Shown piece after piece: positions 8,692 to 16,266 of a DNA stretch of 16,385 nt. Numbering within the stretch: position 1 is the stretch's first letter; each line of letters opens with the position of its first letter. Under the pieces are notes generated by a model. The model saw only the letters and a list, made by a program, of their open reading frames with translations, was not told the origin of the DNA and searched no databases. The translations under genes and the position numbers were made by a program. Source of the stretch: Pseudomonadota bacterium (lineage in GTDB: Bacteria; UBA10199; 2-02-FULL-44-16; JBDRGF01); NCBI GenBank assembly GCA_043818055.1, contig JBDRGF010000077.1:1-16385 (forward strand). The letters run 5' to 3'.

Positions 8692-9537
8692 TCATCTCTT
8701 CAAAAGCTTTTTTGCTTTTTTAAGCAGCATTTTGTCATCGGCCTTGACTCTTTTCTCCAGTTTTTTGATATCTTCTTCCGGCGGAAGGCTTTCGGGATGT
8801 ATGCCGCTTTTGGAAAGTAACGCACGCACATCCAGATTATTTTTGACGTGCTCATGCGTTATTGCTGGCTCACCGCGCAGGTCATCTTTTTTGACATTGA
8901 AACCTGTAATCTCAGCAGCAAAATCTTTTGCTTTAATAGTAATTGTAGGTAGAAAATCGGCCAACGGCCTGCTTTTAGGGACATTATACTTTCTCTTCAT
9001 ATCTAAAGTTGTGTATCCACCAAAAAGGGCTTGATCTCCCTTACTTCTGATCCTTCCAAAGCCTTGTCCATCAACACCTCGCTCATAAATTATGCCGGAT
9101 AGTTCGTTCTCTGTAGCTACCAGTTTTTCCCTTGCACACAAGCGTTCAATTAGGGCAATTCTTTGTTCAAGGATTTCCTGTTTATGCGTCTGAACTGCAA
9201 AGTAGCTCTGTGCAAAGGCAATTGTTTCTTTTTTTGGATCGCCATTTTGGGCTATGAGGTAGCAGGCATACCGAGTGAGCATGATGTCATCAACGCTCCT
9301 TTCACTTCCCGAACCCAACTGGACCATTTTGTTGACATCAACAAAATGGTCTTCTATAGCCTGACCTGCATTTAAACATGCTGTTTTGGCTTTTTCAATT
9401 ACTTGAACAAAATTACGCCATTCGGTATATTCCAGAAGAACCTGAAGCTCTCTGGCCATCCAATATTCAATATTATTTTTCTCATTTGCAATCGCATCAA
9501 AACTGGTATGCAATTTTACGATAAGTTCTTTTTTCAT
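8692..9537 (-). CDS. dinD: DNA damage-inducible protein D
   Basis: [61 protein letters not shown] match DinD motifs; AGGAG RBS. Confidence 0.9.
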   Translation of the reverse strand: MKKELIVKLHTSFDAIANEKNNIEYWMARELQVLLEYTEWRNFVQVIEKAKTACLNAGQAIEDHFVDVNKMVQLGSGSERSVDDIMLTRYACYLIAQNGDPKKETIAFAQSYFAVQTHKQEILEQRIALIERLCAREKLVATENELSGIIYERGVDGQGFGRIRSKGDQALFGGYTTLDMKRKYNVPKSRPLADFLPTITIKAKDFAAEITGFNVKKDDLRGEPAITHEHVKNNLDVRALLSKSGIHPESLPPEEDIKKLEKRVKADDKMLLKKAKKLLKR

Positions 9538-9586
9538 GCGTTTTTCTCCTGTTTTTTCTTTTCCAAAATCCTTTATTTGTAATCCA

Positions 9587-9777
9587 TCATTTTTTGCTCT
9601 TAATTTTTCTTTTGCACACTGGACAAATAAATATGTCTTTGAAAAGCGAACTAAATCTTAAACCACTGTCCTTATAGTCGTTCAAACCCGTTTGACTTTT
9701 AATTATGGCAAATTCGCCTTAATTAAAATAAATCTTTTACCAAAAGAACAACATTGTAAGTTTACGGGAACAATCAT
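9587..9777 (-). pseudogene. Possible frameshifted small Zn-ribbon gene
   Basis: ATG 9777 overlaps the Bro stop (ATGA): MIVPVNLQCCSFGKRFILIK; restoring one base near 9719 continues [43 protein letters not shown] (TGA 9589-9587). Confidence 0.35.
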
Positions 9778-10595
9778 TTCTTTAAAAGCTTTTTGTTTTC
9801 AGGTTGTCGGAGGTAATTTTTCTTTGAGACAATTGGACGGCCGAGTTTTTTCTCCAGTTTATTTCTCGCGCCTCCTGCAATTCCACCTCCCGTTTGAGCA
9901 TCGTCCATCAATCTATCCATGCCTTGTGAATCTTCGTTTCTTGTTATTTCTGTCGTTGCCCGCTCTCCTAGCATTGAAAAAATCAGCTCAAGATCATTCA
10001 TGTGATCGCGCAGGTTTTCACGTTTTAAACCTTTATGATCTTTGTATTCAGAGGGTGTCATCCCAAAGGTTGCCTTTGAAATCTCTGCTGTAAGAATCGC
10101 ATATTCCCTTTCATTTTCTGCGCCGCGATTTTTCCATTCGTCTGTAAGTTCCTCACGAATGGCAATTCCACGCATCCTCTTTTCTATCCAGTCTTCCGAA
10201 TATCCCTTTGCCTTGTAAAACGCCCTCGTGCGTTTAGTCGCCAGTTCCGGATCTTCGATTTCCTGCACCCTCTCATATCCCACTTTGGCAAGCCATCTCT
10301 TGAATGGCTCTGCTTTTGGAGATGGAATTGACTGAATAATACGAAACATCCCCTCTGTGTTGGCGCAATTTACTTTCTGAACACCGCCTGCAGTTTGAAC
10401 AGAAAGGGGGGTGGCAATTTGCCCCCACCCTTTGGATAGCTCCGAATCGCGCCTTCGCATATCCTTAATGTATCCGACAGGTTGAACAGAGTCTGTCAAA
10501 ACACTCACCACATCCTCTATTACAAACCACCATTCATCATTATGAATCGTCTTCCTGATCTGTTTTCCTTTAAAAATAGCTATCTTTGTTTCCAT
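9774..10595 (-). CDS. Bro-N domain protein (phage antirepressor-like)
   Basis: FKGKQIR....EWWF...DVV.VLTDS, RIIQSIPSPKAEPFKRWLA, KGYSEDWI..R, ELTDEW, NLRDHMNDLELIF; AAAGGA RBS. Confidence 0.88.
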   Translation of the reverse strand: METKIAIFKGKQIRKTIHNDEWWFVIEDVVSVLTDSVQPVGYIKDMRRRDSELSKGWGQIATPLSVQTAGGVQKVNCANTEGMFRIIQSIPSPKAEPFKRWLAKVGYERVQEIEDPELATKRTRAFYKAKGYSEDWIEKRMRGIAIREELTDEWKNRGAENEREYAILTAEISKATFGMTPSEYKDHKGLKRENLRDHMNDLELIFSMLGERATTEITRNEDSQGMDRLMDDAQTGGGIAGGARNKLEKKLGRPIVSKKNYLRQPENKKLLKK

Positions 10596-10627
10596 ATATA
10601 TCTTCCTTTAAATGGGACATGAGGTTT

Positions 10628-11266
10628 TTATATTTTCGGCTTTTTGATCACCTGAATCACATTACCACTGACCATGTAGTCATCTAGGTCGTCAGGATGG
10701 ATGTAGATGGGTGGGAGATTTTGATCGGACTCGGAGATGAGGATTATCTGATTGTTCTGCCTATCGAAGAGAAACTTTTTGATGTTGGCCATGCCATCGA
10801 TCACAGAGACGACGTAGTCGCCATCTTTCGGAGAGCGCGCTTCACTGTCGACTATAACATAGTCTCCCTCTTCAATCGCTTTTCCGTCGACATCTGCAGC
10901 GTTCATCGAGAGTCCGACCGCCTGAATGGCATAGATTTTTGCCCTCTTTTTAAGCATAGATTTTGAGAGCTTCAAATAACCCTCGATCCGCTCCTCAGCA
11001 AACAGAGAGGCCTCACCACAGTTGGCAGCACCTAAGATAGGTACGGATATGAGGCTTGCTGCTAACCCAGAACCTTGAGCCACCTTTTTTATGAAACCGC
11101 TGTCGCGATCGATATCGAGAAAGCCTTTTGCCTCCAACTGTTCAAGATGATACTTCACATTCTGTGGATGAGCCGAACCTATCAACTCACCGATCTTTCT
11201 GAGCGCCATCTGGCCCAGGCTATAGCGATCCGCAAGTTCAAGCAATTTTTGTTGTATCGGGTGCAT
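10628..11266 (-). CDS. LexA/S24-family autocleaving transcriptional repressor
   Basis: N-terminal winged HTH (LRKIGELIG..HPQNVKYHLEQLEAKGFL), VPILGAANCG cleavage region (Cys-Gly), catalytic Ser in GLSM, Lys in ANIKK, GDYVIV, L.S.S....PI. Start placed at ATG 11266 behind AAGGAGAG (ORF track gives 11284). Confidence 0.88.
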   Translation of the reverse strand: MHPIQQKLLELADRYSLGQMALRKIGELIGSAHPQNVKYHLEQLEAKGFLDIDRDSGFIKKVAQGSGLAASLISVPILGAANCGEASLFAEERIEGYLKLSKSMLKKRAKIYAIQAVGLSMNAADVDGKAIEEGDYVIVDSEARSPKDGDYVVSVIDGMANIKKFLFDRQNNQIILISESDQNLPPIYIHPDDLDDYMVSGNVIQVIKKPKI

Positions 11267-11290
11267 GGTAAACTCTCCTTTCAAGAAATT

Positions 11291-11315
11291 GTAGGGGCGG
11301 TTCGCGAACCGCCCT
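11291..11315 (+). repeat. GTAG-class REP element
   Basis: GTAG tetranucleotide followed by the palindrome GGGCGGTTC-GC-GAACCGCCC. Confidence 0.75.
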
Positions 11316-11347
11316 TTGATTTAAATATCTATATATTTTTCCATACC

Positions 11348-11398
11348 TTGTCAATAATTTTGTCAACAAATCAACTTTTTTGTCAATATCTGTTGACA
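11348..11398. promoter_or_regulatory. Putative operator / divergent promoter region
   Basis: TTGTCAA at 11348-11354, 11360-11366, 11380-11386; palindrome TGTCAA-TATCTG-TTGACA at 11381-11398. Each half-site equals a sigma70 -35 hexamer. Confidence 0.55.
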
Positions 11399-11447
11399 GA
11401 AATTAAGCATGCATGTATTTTGTAAAAAAACAAAAGGAGGATTCATT

Positions 11448-11729
11448 ATGTATTTCATGGTAACGAAGATCATCGACGAAGACACCTTTGAAGTAACACC
11501 GGAGTGGAAATGGAAATGGCACTCAGGGAAGAGGGTCAAACTAAAAGATCTTCAGATGGGAATACAATCTGAATCGGGATATAAGAACAGCATATCAAAA
11601 CTAGCAAAGATGATTCTCGGCCGATGCGTCATCCTTCAAAACGCGGTCAATATAAAACGAGGCAGACTTCTGTGTGAAGCATTCTACAACGGCATCAACA
11701 TCGGAGAGGCTTTGCCAAAAGCGAGCTAG
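11448..11729 (+). CDS. Small thermonuclease (SNase)-like OB-fold protein, catalytic motifs degenerate
   Basis: VTKIIDEDTFEV (cf. IDGDT), KRVKL (cf. VRL), RGRLLCEAFYNGINI (cf. YGRLLA.V...G.N). Start at ATG 11448 behind AAAGGAGG. Confidence 0.6.
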   Translation: MYFMVTKIIDEDTFEVTPEWKWKWHSGKRVKLKDLQMGIQSESGYKNSISKLAKMILGRCVILQNAVNIKRGRLLCEAFYNGINIGEALPKAS

Positions 11730-11881
11730 TGCTTCGTCAATTTAATTTCCACCAGTGGAAATATGATTATATTAAATTGTTACGAGCACTTGTGCCCTTC
11801 ATTAGTATAGAAAATTTAATTGATGAAGTGCTAAAATTCATTCCCCATCCTTCTTTTCAATAATGAAAGGGAGAACTATTT

Positions 11882-11913
11882 GGGCGGGCTTAATGCCCGC
11901 CCTTAAAGTTTTT
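11882..11913 (+). terminator. GC-rich hairpin, probable intrinsic terminator
   Basis: GGGCGGGC-TTAAT-GCCCGCCC (11882-11902) followed by TTAAAGTTTTT. Confidence 0.55.
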
Positions 11914-11916
11914 AAA

Positions 11917-11970
11917 CCATTCCACTTCGTAAATGGAATAAATTTCACCTACACCTACGAAGTGGAATGG
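11917..11970. repeat. Perfect 15-bp inverted repeat with 24-bp spacer
   Basis: CCATTCCACTTCGTA (11917-11931) / TACGAAGTGGAATGG (11956-11970). Confidence 0.85.
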
Positions 11971-12009
11971 CTTGATATCTGCTATTAAAGATTATACAAA
12001 ACCACAAAT

Positions 12010-12777
12010 ATGGAACTTTTGCTCCTCATAGTAGCTGCGTTTTTGACCTCTGCTGTCTCTGCAACTATCGGCATGGCCGGTGGTGTTACACTTCTCGGAA
12101 TAATGACATTATTCTTTCCATCGGGCTATCAGGTCGTCGCTATGCATGGCGTGATACAGCTCTTTAGCAACGTGATCCGGACATTCATGTTCAGAAAGCA
12201 TCTCAAATCCTACATCGTAAAAAACTTTCTTCCCTGGGCAATTGTCGGATTAATGCTCTCTGCTGGAATAATACTGCTCATCATCTACTTCGCCGGAGTC
12301 ATTCAAAAGGGAGATTTAAAACTCGACTTCATAAAACCACTCATCGGAATCTTCATACTCTGGTTTCTCTTTGGAAAACGCTTTAAGATCAACGTCACTG
12401 AAAAGAGCTATCGATACATGGGAGTAATTAGTGGAATCGCAAGCGTCTTCGTCGGGGCAACTGGACCACTCATCGCCCCCTTTTTCATCAAGGATAAGCT
12501 CACTAAAAATGAGGTCGTTGCAAACAAGGCCTTCTGTCAAAGCGTCAATCATTTGGGGAAATTGCCGATATTCTACTTTCTGATCGGATTTAATTACTTC
12601 GCAGAGATGGATACGCTTCTTCCACTTATCGCTGCTGTGATCGTCGGCACATGGCTCGGCAAGAGATTCCTCTCGTTCATCCCTGAGAGAATCTTCCAGA
12701 TCATATTCAAAGTCTTACTCTCTCTCATCGCCATGAGGCTCATCCTCGAACAGGTGATAAAATATATTAGCAGCTAG
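12010..12777 (+). CDS. Sulfite exporter TauE/SafE family membrane protein
   Basis: About 8 hydrophobic segments; S..IGMAGGVTL, G..S.FVGATGPL..PFF, G..LG.R.L..IPE..F motifs. Confidence 0.85.
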   Translation: MELLLLIVAAFLTSAVSATIGMAGGVTLLGIMTLFFPSGYQVVAMHGVIQLFSNVIRTFMFRKHLKSYIVKNFLPWAIVGLMLSAGIILLIIYFAGVIQKGDLKLDFIKPLIGIFILWFLFGKRFKINVTEKSYRYMGVISGIASVFVGATGPLIAPFFIKDKLTKNEVVANKAFCQSVNHLGKLPIFYFLIGFNYFAEMDTLLPLIAAVIVGTWLGKRFLSFIPERIFQIIFKVLLSLIAMRLILEQVIKYISS

Positions 12778-13972
12778 CATCACTCATAAAAACGAAGAGT
12801 GAATAATCCGGATTGTTATATCCAAACTTATGACCGATACCCCCATCATTAAAATCAGCTATAGATGAACCCTTGATAAATTCTCTTCTAAGACTTTTTA
12901 CCTTTTTTTCCCCTTGCACATCCCTGCTATCATAAAGAGCTGATACATCAAAACCATCATAAGTTTCGACATAGACAGGTTTTTGAAGGGAGGCTTTCAG
13001 ATAGTTATTGCTACTCTTTTTGAATACAAATTTCATCTTCGGACCCACCTCATCAGCAAGCCAGTTCCATCTTCTCATTGCAAGATCGATGACGCTTAAA
13101 TTTGGGTCATCGAGTCTCTCACCTGCAAAAAAATTCTCAAAAAATCGCTTTTCGGAAACGCGATTCAGAACAATAGTATTCACCAAATCCAAAAAACCGT
13201 TATCCCTCAAAACACGCATGCTCTCATGGGCAATAGCATGACGCGCACCACTCAAAGGCGGGCCTTTTCTATTGATATAATCGCACCACAGCTGAGTATC
13301 CGTTATCCGAAGAGTGGATTCGATCACATGCGTCCCTCCGTAATTCAACGATACTCCAATAGTCCCAAATGGAACCGGTTTCGGACAACCGTTCACAACC
13401 ATCTTAAACCTTGCAGGCACTTCACCAACATATAAATCCCTTTGATAGGGAACTCGCCGCGCAAAATTGCTGTTCAAAATTTCAGCAACGTCGAATCTCG
13501 ACATCGATATCACAGCACCATTGACAAAACTTAAGACTGAATCAAGAGATGCGTCCGTATCACCTATCAACTTAAATCCCGAAGCTATCCAGTTTACCAT
13601 TGAATCTTCGACAAAACCGACTTTGAGAGGCATGCCATTTCCATCGCATTCTATTGTTAAGTTTGAATTTCCCAAGACGAAGTTCAATGATGCTGAATCG
13701 CAATTTCTTAATGCAGCATCATTGCTTTTTGCCAGCTTATGATAAGAAACATTGTTCGAACTGATGAACAGTGATGGATCCGCGAATGCAACAGAATCTA
13801 TAAAATCATTTCTCCATGCACGAACAAAAGAGATATTGCTCGCTTGATCATGAAAGACCTGAAGCCTTCCAATATTGGATAATCTTGAAAAAACAATATT
13901 CGAATGAGCTGACCTTTGAAGCATAGCCAGCCTTTGATCAAATCTCGCAAACACCGATTTATTGATAATCAT
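12767..13972 (-). CDS. Hypothetical protein (401 aa)
   Basis: Long ORF filling the gap between tauE-like and namZ-like genes; no family motif recognised. Confidence 0.65.
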   Translation of the reverse strand: MIINKSVFARFDQRLAMLQRSAHSNIVFSRLSNIGRLQVFHDQASNISFVRAWRNDFIDSVAFADPSLFISSNNVSYHKLAKSNDAALRNCDSASLNFVLGNSNLTIECDGNGMPLKVGFVEDSMVNWIASGFKLIGDTDASLDSVLSFVNGAVISMSRFDVAEILNSNFARRVPYQRDLYVGEVPARFKMVVNGCPKPVPFGTIGVSLNYGGTHVIESTLRITDTQLWCDYINRKGPPLSGARHAIAHESMRVLRDNGFLDLVNTIVLNRVSEKRFFENFFAGERLDDPNLSVIDLAMRRWNWLADEVGPKMKFVFKKSSNNYLKASLQKPVYVETYDGFDVSALYDSRDVQGEKKVKSLRREFIKGSSIADFNDGGIGHKFGYNNPDYSLFVFMSDASC

Positions 13973-14056
13973 AGCGTTTTTTGACCATAAATGTTAAGCC
14001 GCCGTCAATAACTGTTTGAGGTTGCTTTTATCGGCAATAACAATTAAATTCTCACC

Positions 14057-15214
14057 ATGGCTATCACACTTGGAAATGAAAACATTCCATTTAAAATAAT
14101 CGAAGGCAAGAGGATCGGCGTATTGGCTCATCCTGCGAGCCTAGACAGCAACGGGAATCACATCTTAGACAAGCTCAAGGGCATGAAAGTAAACATCGCC
14201 ACCATATTCGGACCTGAACACGGGTTCAAAGGATTCGCCCAGGACATGGAGGGTGTGAATAACGACGTAACGGATGATGGCATATCGATATTTAGCCTGT
14301 ACGGAAACACTCTCGAATCGCTCACGCCGACCGAAAAGATGCTCTCTGAAATTGACACGCTCATCGTCGATCTACAGGATATCGGCAGCCGCTATTATAC
14401 CTACGCTTGGACGGCTGTACTCTGCATCCGAGCATGTGCTAAATATAACAAAGAGATCATCATCTGTGACAGGCCGAATCCGCTGGGCGGGGTCACGATC
14501 GAAGGCAACGGCATCGAGATAGGATTTGAATCTTTCGTCGGGCTCCATTCGGTTTCAGTAAGGCATGGGATGACTATCGGTGAGATAGCCGAGTACGTCA
14601 ATAAAACTGAGGAACTGAACGCAAACCTGACAGTGATCCCTATGAAAGGATGGAAGAGAAAGCAGCTATGGAAGGAAACCGAGCTCAACTGGACAAACCC
14701 ATCACCAAATATGCGCTCTTTCGAAGCCGCACTCCTCTACCCGGGGATGTGCCTGCTCGAAGCGACCAATATGAGCGAAGGGAGAGGGACTCCCGCACCA
14801 TTTGAAATAACAGGAGCCCCCTACGTCAACTCGACAGAGCTCATCGAAGCCTTAAAAAAACATGGGCTAGAAGGGGTGACCATAGATTCCATAGCATTCA
14901 AACCGCTCTCTAACAAATGGGAGAATGAGACATGTCAGGGAATCAGATGGAGGATCACCGACTCAGAAAAACTCGAACCCTACTCGCTAGGTCTGATTTA
15001 TATCTACACGCTGTATCACCTATATAGAGATAAGGGCTTTAGCTGGAGGGATGCCCCTTACGAATTCGTGACCGACAAACCAGCCATCGATCTGCTCACC
15101 GGCTCAGATTATTTTAGAAATAACATCGAAATGATAACTCATGACGAGATTCAAAAACTTTGCAAACCATCAGATGAATTCCTTAAAACAAGAAATAAAT
15201 TCCTCCTATACTGA
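14057..15214 (+). CDS. namZ: Exo-beta-N-acetylmuramidase NamZ family (DUF1343/YbbC)
   Basis: IFGPEHGF.G, SLYG, DLQDIGSRYYTY, DRPNPLGG, RHGMTIGE, PSPNM, YPG.CLLE.TN.SEGRGT..PFE. Confidence 0.9.
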   Translation: MAITLGNENIPFKIIEGKRIGVLAHPASLDSNGNHILDKLKGMKVNIATIFGPEHGFKGFAQDMEGVNNDVTDDGISIFSLYGNTLESLTPTEKMLSEIDTLIVDLQDIGSRYYTYAWTAVLCIRACAKYNKEIIICDRPNPLGGVTIEGNGIEIGFESFVGLHSVSVRHGMTIGEIAEYVNKTEELNANLTVIPMKGWKRKQLWKETELNWTNPSPNMRSFEAALLYPGMCLLEATNMSEGRGTPAPFEITGAPYVNSTELIEALKKHGLEGVTIDSIAFKPLSNKWENETCQGIRWRITDSEKLEPYSLGLIYIYTLYHLYRDKGFSWRDAPYEFVTDKPAIDLLTGSDYFRNNIEMITHDEIQKLCKPSDEFLKTRNKFLLY

Positions 15215-16094
15215 GCTTTCACTTTCGAAGCGAAAGGAGGACTCACTTGCAGAGCTTGCAAATTGCAAACTCTGTCCGAGAGAGTGCGGTGTCAATCGCC
15301 TGAATGATGAAAAGGGCGTTTGCAATACAGGAAGGTTTGCAAGAGTAGCAAGCCACAACCTGCATTTCGGGGAAGAGCCTCCCATCAGCGGCACCAAGGG
15401 TTCCGGCACGATCTTCTTCGCATACTGCAATCTCAAATGTGCATTTTGTCAAAATTATCCGATAAGCCAGCTTGGAAACGGCGAGATCACACCTCCAGAA
15501 AAGCTCGCCCGGATGATGATATCCCTTCAAAAACGCGGGGCACACAACATCAACCTCGTTACCGCATCTCACGTTGTGCCTCAATTCATAGAGGCGCTCC
15601 ATATCGCAGCCAGCGATGGATTAAAAATCCCGATCGTCTATAACACGAGCGGATATGATGGGATGAAATCACTTAAACTTCTCGACGGCATCGTCGATAT
15701 CTACATGCCAGACATCAAATATTCAGATGACAGGACTGCCATGAAATACTCCTCTGCCCCGAAGTATTGGGAAATTGCGACAAAAGCGGTAAGAGAGATG
15801 TACCGGCAGGTTGGAAATATGATAACAGATGATGAGGACATCGCTAAAAAAGGGCTTCTGATCCGCCATCTCGTCTTGCCGGATAATCTATCCGGCTCTG
15901 AGAAGGTATTCGAATTTATCGCCAGTGAGATCTCCAGAGATGTCCCGGTCAACCTGATGAGCCAGTATTTTCCCGCAAATAAGGGGGTATCAGATCCGGT
16001 CATAGGAAGACGCGTCAACAAGGAGGAATTTTGCAAAGCTGAAAAACTCCTGAAAAAATTTGGTCTCGAAAATGGGTGGATACAACGGTTATAA
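15174..16094 (+). CDS. PflX-like radical SAM protein
   Basis: CKLCPRECGVNR, HFGEEPPISG..GSGTIFF, CNLKCAFC (CxxxCxxC), HNINLVT, VDIYMPDIKY, IRHLVLP, NLMSQY.P. Start uncertain (15141 or 15174), overlapping the namZ 3' end. Confidence 0.9.
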   Translation: MNSLKQEINSSYTELSLSKRKEDSLAELANCKLCPRECGVNRLNDEKGVCNTGRFARVASHNLHFGEEPPISGTKGSGTIFFAYCNLKCAFCQNYPISQLGNGEITPPEKLARMMISLQKRGAHNINLVTASHVVPQFIEALHIAASDGLKIPIVYNTSGYDGMKSLKLLDGIVDIYMPDIKYSDDRTAMKYSSAPKYWEIATKAVREMYRQVGNMITDDEDIAKKGLLIRHLVLPDNLSGSEKVFEFIASEISRDVPVNLMSQYFPANKGVSDPVIGRRVNKEEFCKAEKLLKKFGLENGWIQRL

Positions 16095-16099
16095 AAACA

Positions 16100-16194
16100 A
16101 AAGCGCATGTGGCATGTAGCATGTGGTAAAAAGCCAGTTATACGAGTTTTTGCCTACATACTACATGCCACATGCCACATGCCACATGCGCTTT
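16100..16194. repeat. Inverted array of heptamer repeats (GCATGTR / YACATGC) forming a long hairpin
   Basis: AAAGC-GCATGTG-GCATGTA-GCATGTG-GTAAAAA on the left; TTTTTGCC-TACATAC-TACATGC-CACATGC-CACATGC-CACATGC-GCTTT on the right. Confidence 0.85.
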
Positions 16195-16209
16195 ATTCTT
16201 AATAATCAT

Positions 16210-16235
16210 TTGACTTTTTCACGTGTTGGTATCAT
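16210..16235 (+). promoter_or_regulatory. Possible sigma70 promoter of trxA
   Basis: TTGACT at 16210-16215 and extended -10 TG-G-TATCAT at 16227-16235; spacing (14 bp) is suboptimal. Confidence 0.3.
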
Positions 16236-16266
16236 TTAAATTAAAACTACTTTCAAGGAGGAAAAC

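Noticed and set aside
10628..11266. Calling the repressor the host's canonical lexA
   Set aside because: Divergent N-terminal domain, Cys-Gly cleavage site and accessory context; family-level call only.
5437..11284. Prophage call based on repressor plus antirepressor-like genes
   Set aside because: No integrase, replication, structural or lysis genes, and no att-like direct repeats seen at the edges.
11863..11988. 41-codon ORF MKGRTIWAGLMPALKVF... in the structured intergenic region
   Set aside because: No RBS, runs through a terminator-like hairpin and the inverted repeat.
144..16108. Remaining short ORFs in the six-frame track (e.g. 1829-2182, 7275-7589, 8618-9034, 9692-10093, 15701-16108)
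   Set aside because: Antisense or off-frame shadows of well-supported genes with no recognisable motifs.
16100..16194. Possible CRISPR array
   Set aside because: Tandem 7-mers without unique spacers; no cas genes.
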